NCBI GenBank assembly: GCA_025356865.1
Contig: JANXQJ010000123.1
Span: 1 to 52,930, forward strand
Length of the DNA stretch: 52,930 bases
Direction: 5' to 3'
Origin: Deltaproteobacteria bacterium
Lineage (GTDB): Bacteria > Desulfobacterota > Deferrimicrobia > Deferrimicrobiales > Deferrimicrobiaceae
The translations under genes and the position numbers were made by a program. Numbering within the stretch: position 1 is the stretch's first letter; every line of letters starts with the position of its first letter. Below are positions 18,867-29,637 of the stretch, piece after piece. The notes below the pieces were generated by a model. It was not told the origin of the DNA, did no database searches, and worked only from the letters and a program-made list of their open reading frames with translations.

Positions 18867-19724
18867 ATGTCTCAAGGTACGCTTTATATCGTCGCCACGC
18901 CGCTCGGCAATCTCGAGGACATCACGTTCCGGGCGCTCCGGGTGCTGAAGGAAGTGTCCGTCGTGGCCTGCGAAGATACGCGGCGCACGGTCAAGCTGCT
19001 CAACAAATACGAGATCCGCACGCCGCTTGCCATCTACCACGACTACAACAAGGAGCGCGCGAGTCTCGGCATCCTCAGGCGCCTGCGCGACGGCGAGAAC
19101 GTGGCGCTGGTTTCCGACGCCGGAACGCCGGCGATATCGGACCCGGGTTACGAACTGGTGCGAGATGCGATTGCGGCCGGGGTGCACGTCGAGGTGATAC
19201 CGGGCCCGTCGGCGCTCATCTCCGCGCTCGTCGTCTCCGGGCTGCCGACCGACCATTTCACGTTCGAGGGATTTCTTCCCAACCGGAAGGAGAAGCGGCG
19301 CAAGGCGCTCGCCGCGCTTGCCGAAGAGACGCGCACGATGATCTTCTATGAATCGCCGAACCGGATCGCGGCGTGCCTGGCCGAAGCCGCCGGGGTCCTG
19401 GGCGAGCGTCGCGGATGCGTGGTGCGCGAACTGACGAAGATCCACGAGGAGATCCTGCGCGGCACGTTGTCCGAGCTGGCGGCCGAACTGGGTGGCCGGG
19501 AATCGGTGCTGGGCGAGGTCACCCTGGTCGTCGCCGGCGCGTCGAAGACGATCGAGCTTTCGGTCGACGAGATCGTCGAGGCGGCGCTCCAGGATTCGGG
19601 GGGATCGTCGCGCGACATCGCGCGTGAGATTGCCGAACGGACGGGGTTGTCGCGGAAGGAAGTCTATGCCGAGGTCATGAAGCAGCGCGCCCGCAAGGAG
19701 AAGGACCCCGCTTCGGACTCGTAA
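18867..19724 (+). CDS. rsmI: 16S rRNA (cytidine1402-2'-O)-methyltransferase
   Basis: GTLYIVATPLGNLEDIT, ACEDTR, ALVSDAGTPAISDPG, FEGFLP, FYESPNR, RELTKIHEE. Confidence 0.96.
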   Translation: MSQGTLYIVATPLGNLEDITFRALRVLKEVSVVACEDTRRTVKLLNKYEIRTPLAIYHDYNKERASLGILRRLRDGENVALVSDAGTPAISDPGYELVRDAIAAGVHVEVIPGPSALISALVVSGLPTDHFTFEGFLPNRKEKRRKALAALAEETRTMIFYESPNRIAACLAEAAGVLGERRGCVVRELTKIHEEILRGTLSELAAELGGRESVLGEVTLVVAGASKTIELSVDEIVEAALQDSGGSSRDIAREIAERTGLSRKEVYAEVMKQRARKEKDPASDS

Positions 19725-19737
19725 ATTCGAGGACTGA

Positions 19738-21120
19738 TCAGCCCTCGATGTCGTGGCGGCGTGCCAGCTCTTCGAAGGCCGCCGGGTCGATGTTGAGGAT
19801 CTCGGCCGCCGCCCGGCGGTCGCCCGCCGACAGGGCGAGCGCCTGCAGGACCATCGGTTTCTCGATTCCCTCGATGGCCTGCTGGAGCAGGTCGGGCGGT
19901 GAAGCCGCGGGTGAAGCGTCGACTGCCTGCTTGCGCCGTCGCCCGTAGATGATGTCGTTCGGCAGGTCGGTGGCGTCGACAAGCGTTCCCTGTTTTTTCT
20001 TTCCGGCGATCTGCCGGACCAGGTCCCTCAACTCTCGGACGTTACCTTGCCACGGATAGGCCGATAGCGCCGTCAGGGCGGCTTGGCTGAAACCCTGAAG
20101 CGGTTTCTTCCGGTCTCGGTTCGCCTCGAACAGGAAATGGTGCAGCAGCAGCGGGATGTCCTCGATTCGGTCGCGCAGCGGGGGCACCGGAATCGTGCCC
20201 GGTGCGAACGCTTCGCGAAGTCCGGGAATCAGCGTCGCATCATGGGGACGCGCGCCGTTGCGCGAGCAGGAGACGATCAGCCGGACATCGAGTTCGACGG
20301 CGTGGTCGCCCCCGACGGGACGGATCGTCCGGGTCGAGAGGAAATCGAGAATCCGTTCCTGCAGCCGCGGCGACGCCTCGCCGGCGTCGGCGAGGTAAAG
20401 GGTGCCCTGGTTGGCCAGTTCGAGTTTTCCGGAGGCCGGAAGGACGGCCTGCTGCCATGCGCCCGGGGCGTGCCCGAACAGCTCGTCCTCGAGCATCTCT
20501 TCCTGCTTGCCCGCGCAATAGACCGCGACGAACAGGGCGCCCGACCGGGAACTCTGGGCGTGGATCACCCGGGCGGCCAGCGTGCGCCCCGTGCCCCGTT
20601 CGCCCGAGAGCAGCACCGGGGTATCCGTATCGGCGAGGCGCGTGGTTGCGGCGATCATCTCCTGCATGGCGGGGCTCGTGCCCACCATGGCCTGCACCTG
20701 ATACTCGCCTCGGAACTCCGATTTAAGGAACTGGTTCTCGCGGCGAAGTTGCCGGTGAGCGTAGGCTTTCAGGACGAGGTTGACGACCTCCTGCCCCTTG
20801 AACGGCTTCATCAGGTAATGGAAGGCGCCCGCCCGCATCGCCTCGATCGCGGTATCGACCGTCGCGTAGCCGGTCATCATGACGACTTCGGCGTCGGACT
20901 GGATCTTCCGGGCGGTGCGAAGGACTTCGAGCCCGTCGGGGCCGGGCATCTTGAGGTCGGTCAGGATGACGTCGAACCGCTCGCGCTCGATCAACTCGAT
21001 GGCTTCCGTGCCGGAACTGGCCCTCCGGATGTCGCAGCCGACCGGTTCGAAAAAGTCGGACAGGAGTTCGAGCAGTTGCGGTTCGTCGTCGACGATCAGC
21101 AGGCGCATCGGATTGGTCAT
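19738..21120 (-). CDS. NtrC-family response regulator (REC-AAA+-HTH) with degenerate AAA+ domain
   Basis: Intact receiver (LIVDDE, LTDLKMPG, MTGY, KPF); sigma54-activator scaffold (ELFGH, PPLRDRIEDIPLL, YPWQGNVREL) but catalytic motifs altered. Confidence 0.88.
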   Translation of the reverse strand: MTNPMRLLIVDDEPQLLELLSDFFEPVGCDIRRASSGTEAIELIERERFDVILTDLKMPGPDGLEVLRTARKIQSDAEVVMMTGYATVDTAIEAMRAGAFHYLMKPFKGQEVVNLVLKAYAHRQLRRENQFLKSEFRGEYQVQAMVGTSPAMQEMIAATTRLADTDTPVLLSGERGTGRTLAARVIHAQSSRSGALFVAVYCAGKQEEMLEDELFGHAPGAWQQAVLPASGKLELANQGTLYLADAGEASPRLQERILDFLSTRTIRPVGGDHAVELDVRLIVSCSRNGARPHDATLIPGLREAFAPGTIPVPPLRDRIEDIPLLLHHFLFEANRDRKKPLQGFSQAALTALSAYPWQGNVRELRDLVRQIAGKKKQGTLVDATDLPNDIIYGRRRKQAVDASPAASPPDLLQQAIEGIEKPMVLQALALSAGDRRAAAEILNIDPAAFEELARRHDIEG

Positions 21121-21144
21121 CTGGAAAAGGTCCGGGTCATATCC

Positions 21145-21417
21145 CTACTTCCTGCGGAATGTCCACCAGATCGCAGCGCCGCCGGCGACGAGGATCACGA
21201 TCAGGGAGGCGACTTCGAGGTCGCGGTATCGCGATCGGCTGGCTTTCTCGACGGCCCTGCGCTGATCGATGATCGACGCGCCGGGCGCGTTGTCCGGGCC
21301 CGATGCGAGGATTTCGTGCGGGATGGCGGCGGCGAACAGGATCAGGGCGTACAGCAGGACAACCCCGGCCGCGGATCCTCCGGTCCTCGTGCGCACTCTG
21401 GATGAAACAGGTTTCAT
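21145..21417 (-). CDS. Small hypothetical membrane protein
   Basis: 90 aa; fills the gap between co-oriented genes; N-terminal hydrophobic segment and C-terminal TM helix ending WWTFRRK. Confidence 0.55.
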   Translation of the reverse strand: MKPVSSRVRTRTGGSAAGVVLLYALILFAAAIPHEILASGPDNAPGASIIDQRRAVEKASRSRYRDLEVASLIVILVAGGAAIWWTFRRK

Positions 21418-21426
21418 TGCGTCAAT

Positions 21427-22470
21427 TTATAGCACGAAACGGAGCGTCGCATGGCACTCGCGGCACCGGTTGCCCGAGAGTCCGGACGCGTCGGCCCGGT
21501 ATCCTTCCCGCCGGACGACGACCCTGCCGCACTCCGGGCAGTGCGTGTCGGAGGTGCCGGACAGCCCGATGTTGCCGACGTAGACGTATCGAAGCGACTC
21601 CGATGCGATTGCGAAGGCGGATTCAAGCCGGTCGGGCGGAGTCGGCGGGGCCGTCATCCGGTGCATCGGGAAATAGCGCGAAAAGTGAAGCGGAATTTCG
21701 GGGTCGACGTCCGCGACGAAATCGACCACGGCCCGGATCTCGGCGTCCGAATCGTTTTCGCCCGTGACCAGCAGCGTCGTCAACTCGACGTGGGTAGCCT
21801 TCGACGCGGTACGGATCGTCTCGAGCACCGGTTCGATCGTGCCGCCGCAAATCCGCCGGTAAAAGTCCGGGTTCATCGACTTGAGGTCGATGTTCATCGC
21901 GTCGACGAACGGCAGCAGTTCGGCGAGCGGCTCGGGATTGATGTAGCCGTTGGTCACGAGGACGTTGGCGAGTCCCGCTCCCCGGAATGCGGCGGCGCAG
22001 TCGCGGACGAACTCGAAGCCGATCGCCGGTTCGTTGTAGGTGTATGCGATCCCGACGCTGTTTTCCTGCCGGGCCGCGGCCAGCAACTCGTCGATGGTGA
22101 CCGTCTGTTCCGGCACGTTTCCCTCGACCAGGTGGAAATTCTGGCAGAACGAGCATCGGAAGTTGCAGCCGACCTGGCCGATCGAGAGGATGGGACGCCC
22201 GGGGTGGAAGTGGTAGAGCGGTTTCTTCTCGATCGGGTCGACCGCGACCGCCGAGACGCGTCCGTACGATTCGGCGCTGAGCGTTCCCGCCACGTTGCGG
22301 CGGACACGGCAGATTCCGTGTCTCCCGTCGGCGATCCGGCACCGGTGGGGGCACAGGTCGCAACGGACGGCGTCGCCATCGGCGTGCCACCAAGATGCAA
22401 TCCTGACGGCGATATCAGTATCGGAACGGCCGGCTACGACGACGCCCTCATCGATCCGGATTTCACTCAT
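21427..22470 (-). CDS. amrS: AmmeMemoRadiSam system radical SAM enzyme
   Basis: VRCDLCPHRC...GICRVR, DPIEKKPLYHFHPG, GCNFRCSFCQN, IAYTYNEP, VTNGYI, NIDLK, PLHFSRYFP, YVYVGN, CPECG. Start uncertain (MSEIRID chosen). Confidence 0.92.
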   Translation of the reverse strand: MSEIRIDEGVVVAGRSDTDIAVRIASWWHADGDAVRCDLCPHRCRIADGRHGICRVRRNVAGTLSAESYGRVSAVAVDPIEKKPLYHFHPGRPILSIGQVGCNFRCSFCQNFHLVEGNVPEQTVTIDELLAAARQENSVGIAYTYNEPAIGFEFVRDCAAAFRGAGLANVLVTNGYINPEPLAELLPFVDAMNIDLKSMNPDFYRRICGGTIEPVLETIRTASKATHVELTTLLVTGENDSDAEIRAVVDFVADVDPEIPLHFSRYFPMHRMTAPPTPPDRLESAFAIASESLRYVYVGNIGLSGTSDTHCPECGRVVVRREGYRADASGLSGNRCRECHATLRFVL

Positions 22471-22484
22471 GGAGATCATGATAG

Positions 22485-24644
<2,160 letters not shown>

Positions 24645-24739
24645 ACATCGGCTTGTACGGACGAAAAAAAGATACAATGCCCGGGCAAGATGAATACGCG
24701 GTCGACGGGGGAAAGCCGCGACGATCACGGAGGTGTTGG

Positions 24740-25036
24740 ATGACGTCATTCTGGAAAAAGATCGTCGGCGGCAAGCCGGAAGCGGAAAAAGAGCCAACGG
24801 GTCAATACGGGGCCGACTACGTCGGCATGTCCGACCTCATGAAGTTCAACCAGAACCTGCTCGACGCGCTGCGGCACGAGCAGTCTGGCCTCGAGTTCTA
24901 CCGCCGTTTCCTCGAAGAGGCCAACGACGAGCGGGGCCGCGAGATGTACCGCCGCCTCATCGAGGAAGAGGAGCGGCACCTCAAGATGGTCCAGGAAGAG
25001 ATCGACGAGCACAAGAAATCCGGGTACTGGAGCTAG
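24740..25036 (+). CDS. Small ferritin/rubrerythrin-like protein (single helix pair)
   Basis: GGAGG RBS; ALRHEQSGLEFY...MYRRLIEEEERHLKMV gives one E...EExxH half of a diiron site; 98 aa. Confidence 0.8.
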   Translation: MTSFWKKIVGGKPEAEKEPTGQYGADYVGMSDLMKFNQNLLDALRHEQSGLEFYRRFLEEANDERGREMYRRLIEEEERHLKMVQEEIDEHKKSGYWS

Positions 25037-25047
25037 TTCAACTGGTG

Positions 25048-25090
25048 CGGATGCCCAAGTCTCCCTTCTTTACGGGAACGAGGGCATCCG
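25048..25090. repeat. Mini (43-bp) member of the CGGATGCCC...GGGCATCCG element family
   Basis: Same 9-bp terminal inverted repeats as 11000-11264; its end TACGGGAACGAGGGCATCCG resembles TACGGAAGCAGAGGGCATCCG (reverse complement of element C's left end). Confidence 0.6.
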
Positions 25091-25096
25091 AACATA

Positions 25097-25143
25097 CAAG
25101 AAAGCCCCGGCGGGATCGATACCCGGCGGGGCTTTCTTGCTTT
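25097..25143. terminator. Probable bidirectional intrinsic terminator
   Basis: CAAGAAAGCCCC...GGGGCTTTCTTG hairpin with A/T-rich flanks between convergent genes. Confidence 0.7.
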
Positions 25144-25191
25144 GTAGTGAAGGGAGACCCGGGCGTTCGCCCTGCCGCTGGAATCGCCCCT

Positions 25192-26376
25192 TCAGCCCTC
25201 GAGCGCGACCAGCCCCGGTAGTTGTTTCCCCTCGAGCAGCTCGAGGAAGGCGCCGCCGCCGGTCGAGACGTAGGACATCTTGCCGGTAAGCCCGGTGTTC
25301 TTGAGCGCCTTGCCCGAGTCGCCGCCGCCGACGATGGTGACGGCCGGGCTGGTGGCCAGCGCGTGGACGAGCGCGTTGGTTCCGCCCGCGAACTGCGGGA
25401 TCTCGAATGCGCCCATCGGACCGTTCCAGACGATGGTCTTCGCGTCCCAGAGAATTTCCTTGAAGAGCATCTGCGAGGCGGGCCCGATGTCGACGGCGGA
25501 CCACCCCTCGGGAATCTCCTTGAACGGAACGATGTGGGTCTCGGCCGTGGAGTCGAACTTGTCGGCGATCAGGAAGTCGACCGGCAGGTAGAGCTTGAGC
25601 TTGCGCGCGGAGGTGACGGCGATGACCTCCTTGGCCATCTCGACCATGTCGGCTTCGAAGAACGACGATCCGGTCGGGTAGCCGTGCGCCGCGATGAAGG
25701 TGTTGGCCATCGCCCCGCCGATGATGATCTTGTCGACCTTCCCCAGCACGTTGCGGATCGCGTCGATCTTGCCGGACACCTTGGCGCCGCCGAAGATGGC
25801 GACCAGCGGCCGTGCGGGCGCGACGAACGCCTTCTCGAAATAGTCGATCTCGTCCTTCATCAGCAGGCCGGCCGCTTTCTCGGCGACGTGGTGCGTGATC
25901 GCGACATTGGATGCGTGTCCCCGGTGCGCGGTGGCGAAGGCGTCGTTGACGTAGACGTCGCAGAGCGCGGCCAGCCTGGCGCCGAAGGCTTCGTCGTTCT
26001 TCTCTTCCTCGGGGTGGAAACGGATATTCTCGAGCATGATGACGTCGCCGGGTTTCATCGCGGCCACGGCCTTTTCGGCCGGTTCGCCGATGCAGTCGGG
26101 GACGAAGCCGACCTCCTTGCCCATGACGATGGAGAGCCGCTTCGCGGCGGGTTCGAGGCTCATCTCGGGAACCACCTTGCCCTTGGGCCTGCCGAGGTGG
26201 GAGACGAGGATGACCTTTGCCCCCTGTTCGGCCGCCATCCGGATGGTGGGAAGCGCCGCCTGGATGCGCGTGTCGTCGGTGACCTGCCCGTACTTGTCCA
26301 TCGGGACGTTGAAGTCGACGCGGATCAGGACCCGCTTGCCAGCGAGATTCAATTGGTCGATGGTGCGAACGTTCAT
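25192..26376 (-). CDS. pgk: Phosphoglycerate kinase
   Basis: [70 protein letters not shown]. Confidence 0.98.
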   Translation of the reverse strand: MNVRTIDQLNLAGKRVLIRVDFNVPMDKYGQVTDDTRIQAALPTIRMAAEQGAKVILVSHLGRPKGKVVPEMSLEPAAKRLSIVMGKEVGFVPDCIGEPAEKAVAAMKPGDVIMLENIRFHPEEEKNDEAFGARLAALCDVYVNDAFATAHRGHASNVAITHHVAEKAAGLLMKDEIDYFEKAFVAPARPLVAIFGGAKVSGKIDAIRNVLGKVDKIIIGGAMANTFIAAHGYPTGSSFFEADMVEMAKEVIAVTSARKLKLYLPVDFLIADKFDSTAETHIVPFKEIPEGWSAVDIGPASQMLFKEILWDAKTIVWNGPMGAFEIPQFAGGTNALVHALATSPAVTIVGGGDSGKALKNTGLTGKMSYVSTGGGAFLELLEGKQLPGLVALEG

Positions 26377-26463
26377 GGCGCCTCCTGGAGGACGAAAGTT
26401 GTCACCCCCGATGTTACCAGAGAGGGCCGGCGGCGGAATAGCCCCATCGCGATCCCGCCTGGG

Positions 26464-27075
26464 TTACCCTCCGAAATACGCGGGCAGCAGGTTGAAGCCG
26501 AAATGGAGCGCGGCCGGCACGTACACGGTTCCCGTGCGCTCGCGCGACCAGCAAAACAGCAGGGCGGGAAAGAAGGTCAGTGCCCGCCACGGGGACGGGG
26601 CGATCGCCAGGTGCGTCGCCGCGAAGAGGAGCGAGGTCCAGACCAGCGGCCTGCGGCCGTGCCGCTCGAAACCGTCGTACAGGTAGCCACGGAAGAAACT
26701 CTCCTCGCTCAATGCGATGCCGGCCTGGTGGAGCGCGAAGGAAAGCGGGTGCGAAAGCGGCGGGGCGAGGCCGGGCTTCAGTACGGCGGGAAGCGGCAGC
26801 TTCAGCCAGAGAAAGTAGGCGGTGCACCCCAGCAGCGCGGCGCCGAGCAGCGTCGGGAGGGTTTTCGAAGGACGGCCGATGCGGGAGGCCCAAACGGGCC
26901 ACGCTTTCCCCCGGTAATGGAACATCGGGACGTACAGGAACAGGGCGACCGCGAAGGAGGATTGCGGGAGCCACCCGGGGTTGAATCCGGACGCAAGCCG
27001 GAGCAGCAGCGCGATGCCGGCCAGTTCGCAAAGGGCGGTGACCGGAAGGCTCGGTGCGGCGGGGCGGTCGTTCAC
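26464..27075 (-). CDS. CPBP/Abi-family glutamic intramembrane protease, myxosortase-like
   Basis: EESFFRG, LLFAATH, TFFPALLFCWSRERTG, AALHFGFN; GTG start overlaps the HAD stop (GTGA). Confidence 0.85.
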   Translation of the reverse strand: MNDRPAAPSLPVTALCELAGIALLLRLASGFNPGWLPQSSFAVALFLYVPMFHYRGKAWPVWASRIGRPSKTLPTLLGAALLGCTAYFLWLKLPLPAVLKPGLAPPLSHPLSFALHQAGIALSEESFFRGYLYDGFERHGRRPLVWTSLLFAATHLAIAPSPWRALTFFPALLFCWSRERTGTVYVPAALHFGFNLLPAYFGG

Positions 27076-27749
27076 GCGCGGTTCCCGGGGGGGAGCCCCG
27101 GATATCCCGGACGGATCCGGCCGAACAGTTCGGGAAACGCGTCGATCGTGAAGTCGGGCGGATATCGCACGAAGCCGTGGGCGCCCAGCCCGTAGGTCAC
27201 GCCGCACGTCGTGACCCCGGCGCCGTTTCCGGCCCGGACGTCGTTGGACGAATCGCCCACCATCAGCGTTTCCGGCCGCGATGCCCGGGCGGAAGCCAGG
27301 ATGGCGATCAACCCCTCCGGATCGGGTTTCTTCGTCTCGAAACTGTCGCCGCCCCGGACATCGAGGAACGTTCCCCCCGGGAAAAGCCCGTCGAGGATGT
27401 CGTGCGTCATCGCGACCGGCTTGTTCGTCAGCACCGCCAGCCGGTAATCGGTTCGGTGCGAAAGAAGCGATTCGAGGACGCCGGGATAGGGACGGGTGTG
27501 GTCGAGCAGATGTTCCCGGTAGTGGGCGAGAAACGTCTCACGCGCCGCCGGAAAGATCGCATCGTGTCCCGGGCCGATCGCCCGCCGGAGCAGCATCGTC
27601 ACCCCGTCGCCGACGAATTCGCACACCGCTTCCAGCGAAAGCAGGGGCAACCCGTGCGCCGCCATCGTGTGGTTCAGCGAAAACGCCAGGTCTTCCCTCG
27701 AATCGACGAGCGTCCCGTCGAGATCGAACACCAGCAGCCGTTTCTCCAT
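27072..27749 (-). CDS. gph: HAD-family phosphatase (phosphoglycolate phosphatase-like)
   Basis: VFDLDGTLVDS, FVGDG, AVLTNKP, KKPDP, MVGDSSNDV, GVTYG. Confidence 0.85.
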   Translation of the reverse strand: MEKRLLVFDLDGTLVDSREDLAFSLNHTMAAHGLPLLSLEAVCEFVGDGVTMLLRRAIGPGHDAIFPAARETFLAHYREHLLDHTRPYPGVLESLLSHRTDYRLAVLTNKPVAMTHDILDGLFPGGTFLDVRGGDSFETKKPDPEGLIAILASARASRPETLMVGDSSNDVRAGNGAGVTTCGVTYGLGAHGFVRYPPDFTIDAFPELFGRIRPGYPGLPPGNRA

Positions 27750-27759
27750 TATTCGCATT

Positions 27760-29511
27760 CTACCTTTTTCCGGATCCCAGGCCGGCGCGCAGGCGAGCCA
27801 CCTTTTCGCGAATCCGTTCGTTCGGCCGCCGCCGAAGCGACTGCTCGTACCGGGCGATCGCCTCTTCGCTGTTTCCGGCTGCTTCCAGCGCGGATCCCAG
27901 GTTCTCAAGCGCTCCCGGGTCGCCCGGGTTGGCGCCCAGGGCGTTGCCGAACCACTGCACCGCATCGCGGTAGTCGCCGTGCTCCATGAAGATCATGCCG
28001 ATTCCGGCGTGGGCCTGGTAAAGGTCCGTCCGGTGGCGGATGCCTTCGAGGTAGTAGCCGATCGCCTCCTGCGGGCGCCCCATCCGGTGGAGCGCGTAGC
28101 CCATGTTGACGCAGGCCACGTCGTACCCGGGGCGGATCCGGAGCGCCTCGAGATTCAGCGCCATCGCTTCGGCCGCTCCCCCGGGGCCCCGGTCGTAGAG
28201 GACGTTGGCCAGGTTGGCCATCGCCACGTGGTTGTTGTCGGTAGAGGCGATCGCGTGGCGGAAAAGTGTTTCCGGATTGTTCCAGTACCCCGACTGGCGA
28301 TGGGTTGCCGCCGCGAGAAGCAGGAGAACCGCGACCGCGCAGGCCGCCGTCACACGGCCGGGCGACGGGAAGCGCCCGGCGAGTTCGGCGCCGCCCCAGG
28401 CGACCAGGAGGAAGATCCCGATCAGCGGGATGTAGGTGTACCGGTCGGCCGCGCCGAGATCGCTCACCTGGACCAGGCCGATCATCGGGACCAGCGTCCC
28501 GACGAACCAGAACCAGCCGACGGCAAGCCAGGGACGGGTGCGCCCCTGACGGACGGCCAGGATGGAGACGCCGGTGAGCGCGAGCGCGGAAACCGCCAGG
28601 GAGGCCCGGGAATAACCCGTTCCGGGGTGGGGATAGTAGGCGGCCAGATCCACGGGCAGGAACGTCTTCCGGAGGTAGAAGGCGTAGGACAGGACGGCGT
28701 TCGGCAGCCGTTCCGAAAGCGGGATCTTCGAGAGGGGCGTGATCATCCCGCCGGCCTTCTGGGCCAGGAGGGTCACGAGGGATGCCGCCGCGGAGAGGAG
28801 CAGGAACGGCCATTTCTCCCGAAGGATCCGACGCGCCGGGGGGAAGGCCGGCCCGGATTCCACGCCCGCCCCGGTCCTCGCGAGCGGCCAGTAGTCGATC
28901 AGGAGCAGGACGAACGGCAGCGTGACCACGGTGGGTTTCGAGAGCAGGCCGAGTGCGAAGCAGGCCAGGGCTGCCAGATACCCTGAGACGGAAGGGCGCG
29001 ATGCGTTGCGGGCGTACCGGTCCAGGGCGAGCAGGAAGAAAAAGGCGGCGAGCAGGTCTTTCCGCTCGGAAATCCACGCCACCGATTCGACGTGCAGCGG
29101 GTGGAGGGCGAAGAGTGCCGCCACGAAGGCGCTTCGCCCCGGGAATCCGGTCAACCGGGTCAGCAGGAGGAAGAGCAGGACGGCGTTCGCCGCGTGAATC
29201 CCCACGTTGACCTGGTGGTGCATGCCCGGGTCGAGCCCGAAGAGGGAGACGTCGGCCATGTGGGAGAGCCAGGTCAGCGGATGCCAGTTCCCGGCGTGAA
29301 AGGAAACGAACGCCCTCAGCGCGTTCGGCCCGGTGAGCCCCGTCCGGACGAACGGGTTTTCGGTGACGTAATAATCGTCGTCCCAGACGGGCAGGAAGCC
29401 GGCGTGCCGGACGGGAAGATAGGCGATGACCGTCGCTGCGACGAGGGCCAGGGCGACGATGAAGAGGGTGGACCGCGCTGTTGCCCCGGGGGGTGGCGTT
29501 TCGGTTGCCAT
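27760..29511 (-). CDS. TMTC-like GT-C membrane glycosyltransferase with C-terminal TPRs
   Basis: WDDDYYV, NWHPLTWLSH, ALFALHPLHVESVAWISERKDLL, LLSKP, ADRYTYIP, then TPR repeats. Confidence 0.85.
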   Translation of the reverse strand: MATETPPPGATARSTLFIVALALVAATVIAYLPVRHAGFLPVWDDDYYVTENPFVRTGLTGPNALRAFVSFHAGNWHPLTWLSHMADVSLFGLDPGMHHQVNVGIHAANAVLLFLLLTRLTGFPGRSAFVAALFALHPLHVESVAWISERKDLLAAFFFLLALDRYARNASRPSVSGYLAALACFALGLLSKPTVVTLPFVLLLIDYWPLARTGAGVESGPAFPPARRILREKWPFLLLSAAASLVTLLAQKAGGMITPLSKIPLSERLPNAVLSYAFYLRKTFLPVDLAAYYPHPGTGYSRASLAVSALALTGVSILAVRQGRTRPWLAVGWFWFVGTLVPMIGLVQVSDLGAADRYTYIPLIGIFLLVAWGGAELAGRFPSPGRVTAACAVAVLLLLAAATHRQSGYWNNPETLFRHAIASTDNNHVAMANLANVLYDRGPGGAAEAMALNLEALRIRPGYDVACVNMGYALHRMGRPQEAIGYYLEGIRHRTDLYQAHAGIGMIFMEHGDYRDAVQWFGNALGANPGDPGALENLGSALEAAGNSEEAIARYEQSLRRRPNERIREKVARLRAGLGSGKR

Positions 29512-29555
29512 CGACCCGGGATTTTATCACGCCTGCCGGATCCGGATTCATCGAC

Positions 29556-29586
29556 TGTAAACCGACGACCGTGTTTCGGGTTGACA
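29556..29586. promoter_or_regulatory. BirA operator (biotin box)
   Basis: TGTAAACC-N15-GGTTGACA, matching the TGTAAACC-N14/15-GGTTTACA consensus, directly upstream of bioB. Confidence 0.85.
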
Positions 29587-29609
29587 GCGTTCCCGGGCCT
29601 ATCCAGAAT
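29581..29609 (+). promoter_or_regulatory. sigma70 promoter of bioB
   Basis: TTGACA-17 bp-CAGAAT; the -35 lies inside the right half of the BirA box. Confidence 0.7.
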
Positions 29610-29637
29610 GGTCCGATTACTTTCGGGGGATGTGGGC

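Noticed and set aside
24653-24678. TTGTAC...TACAAT promoter for the ferritin-like gene
   Set aside because: The spacer is only 14 bp; the -10 may be real but the pair is not supportable.
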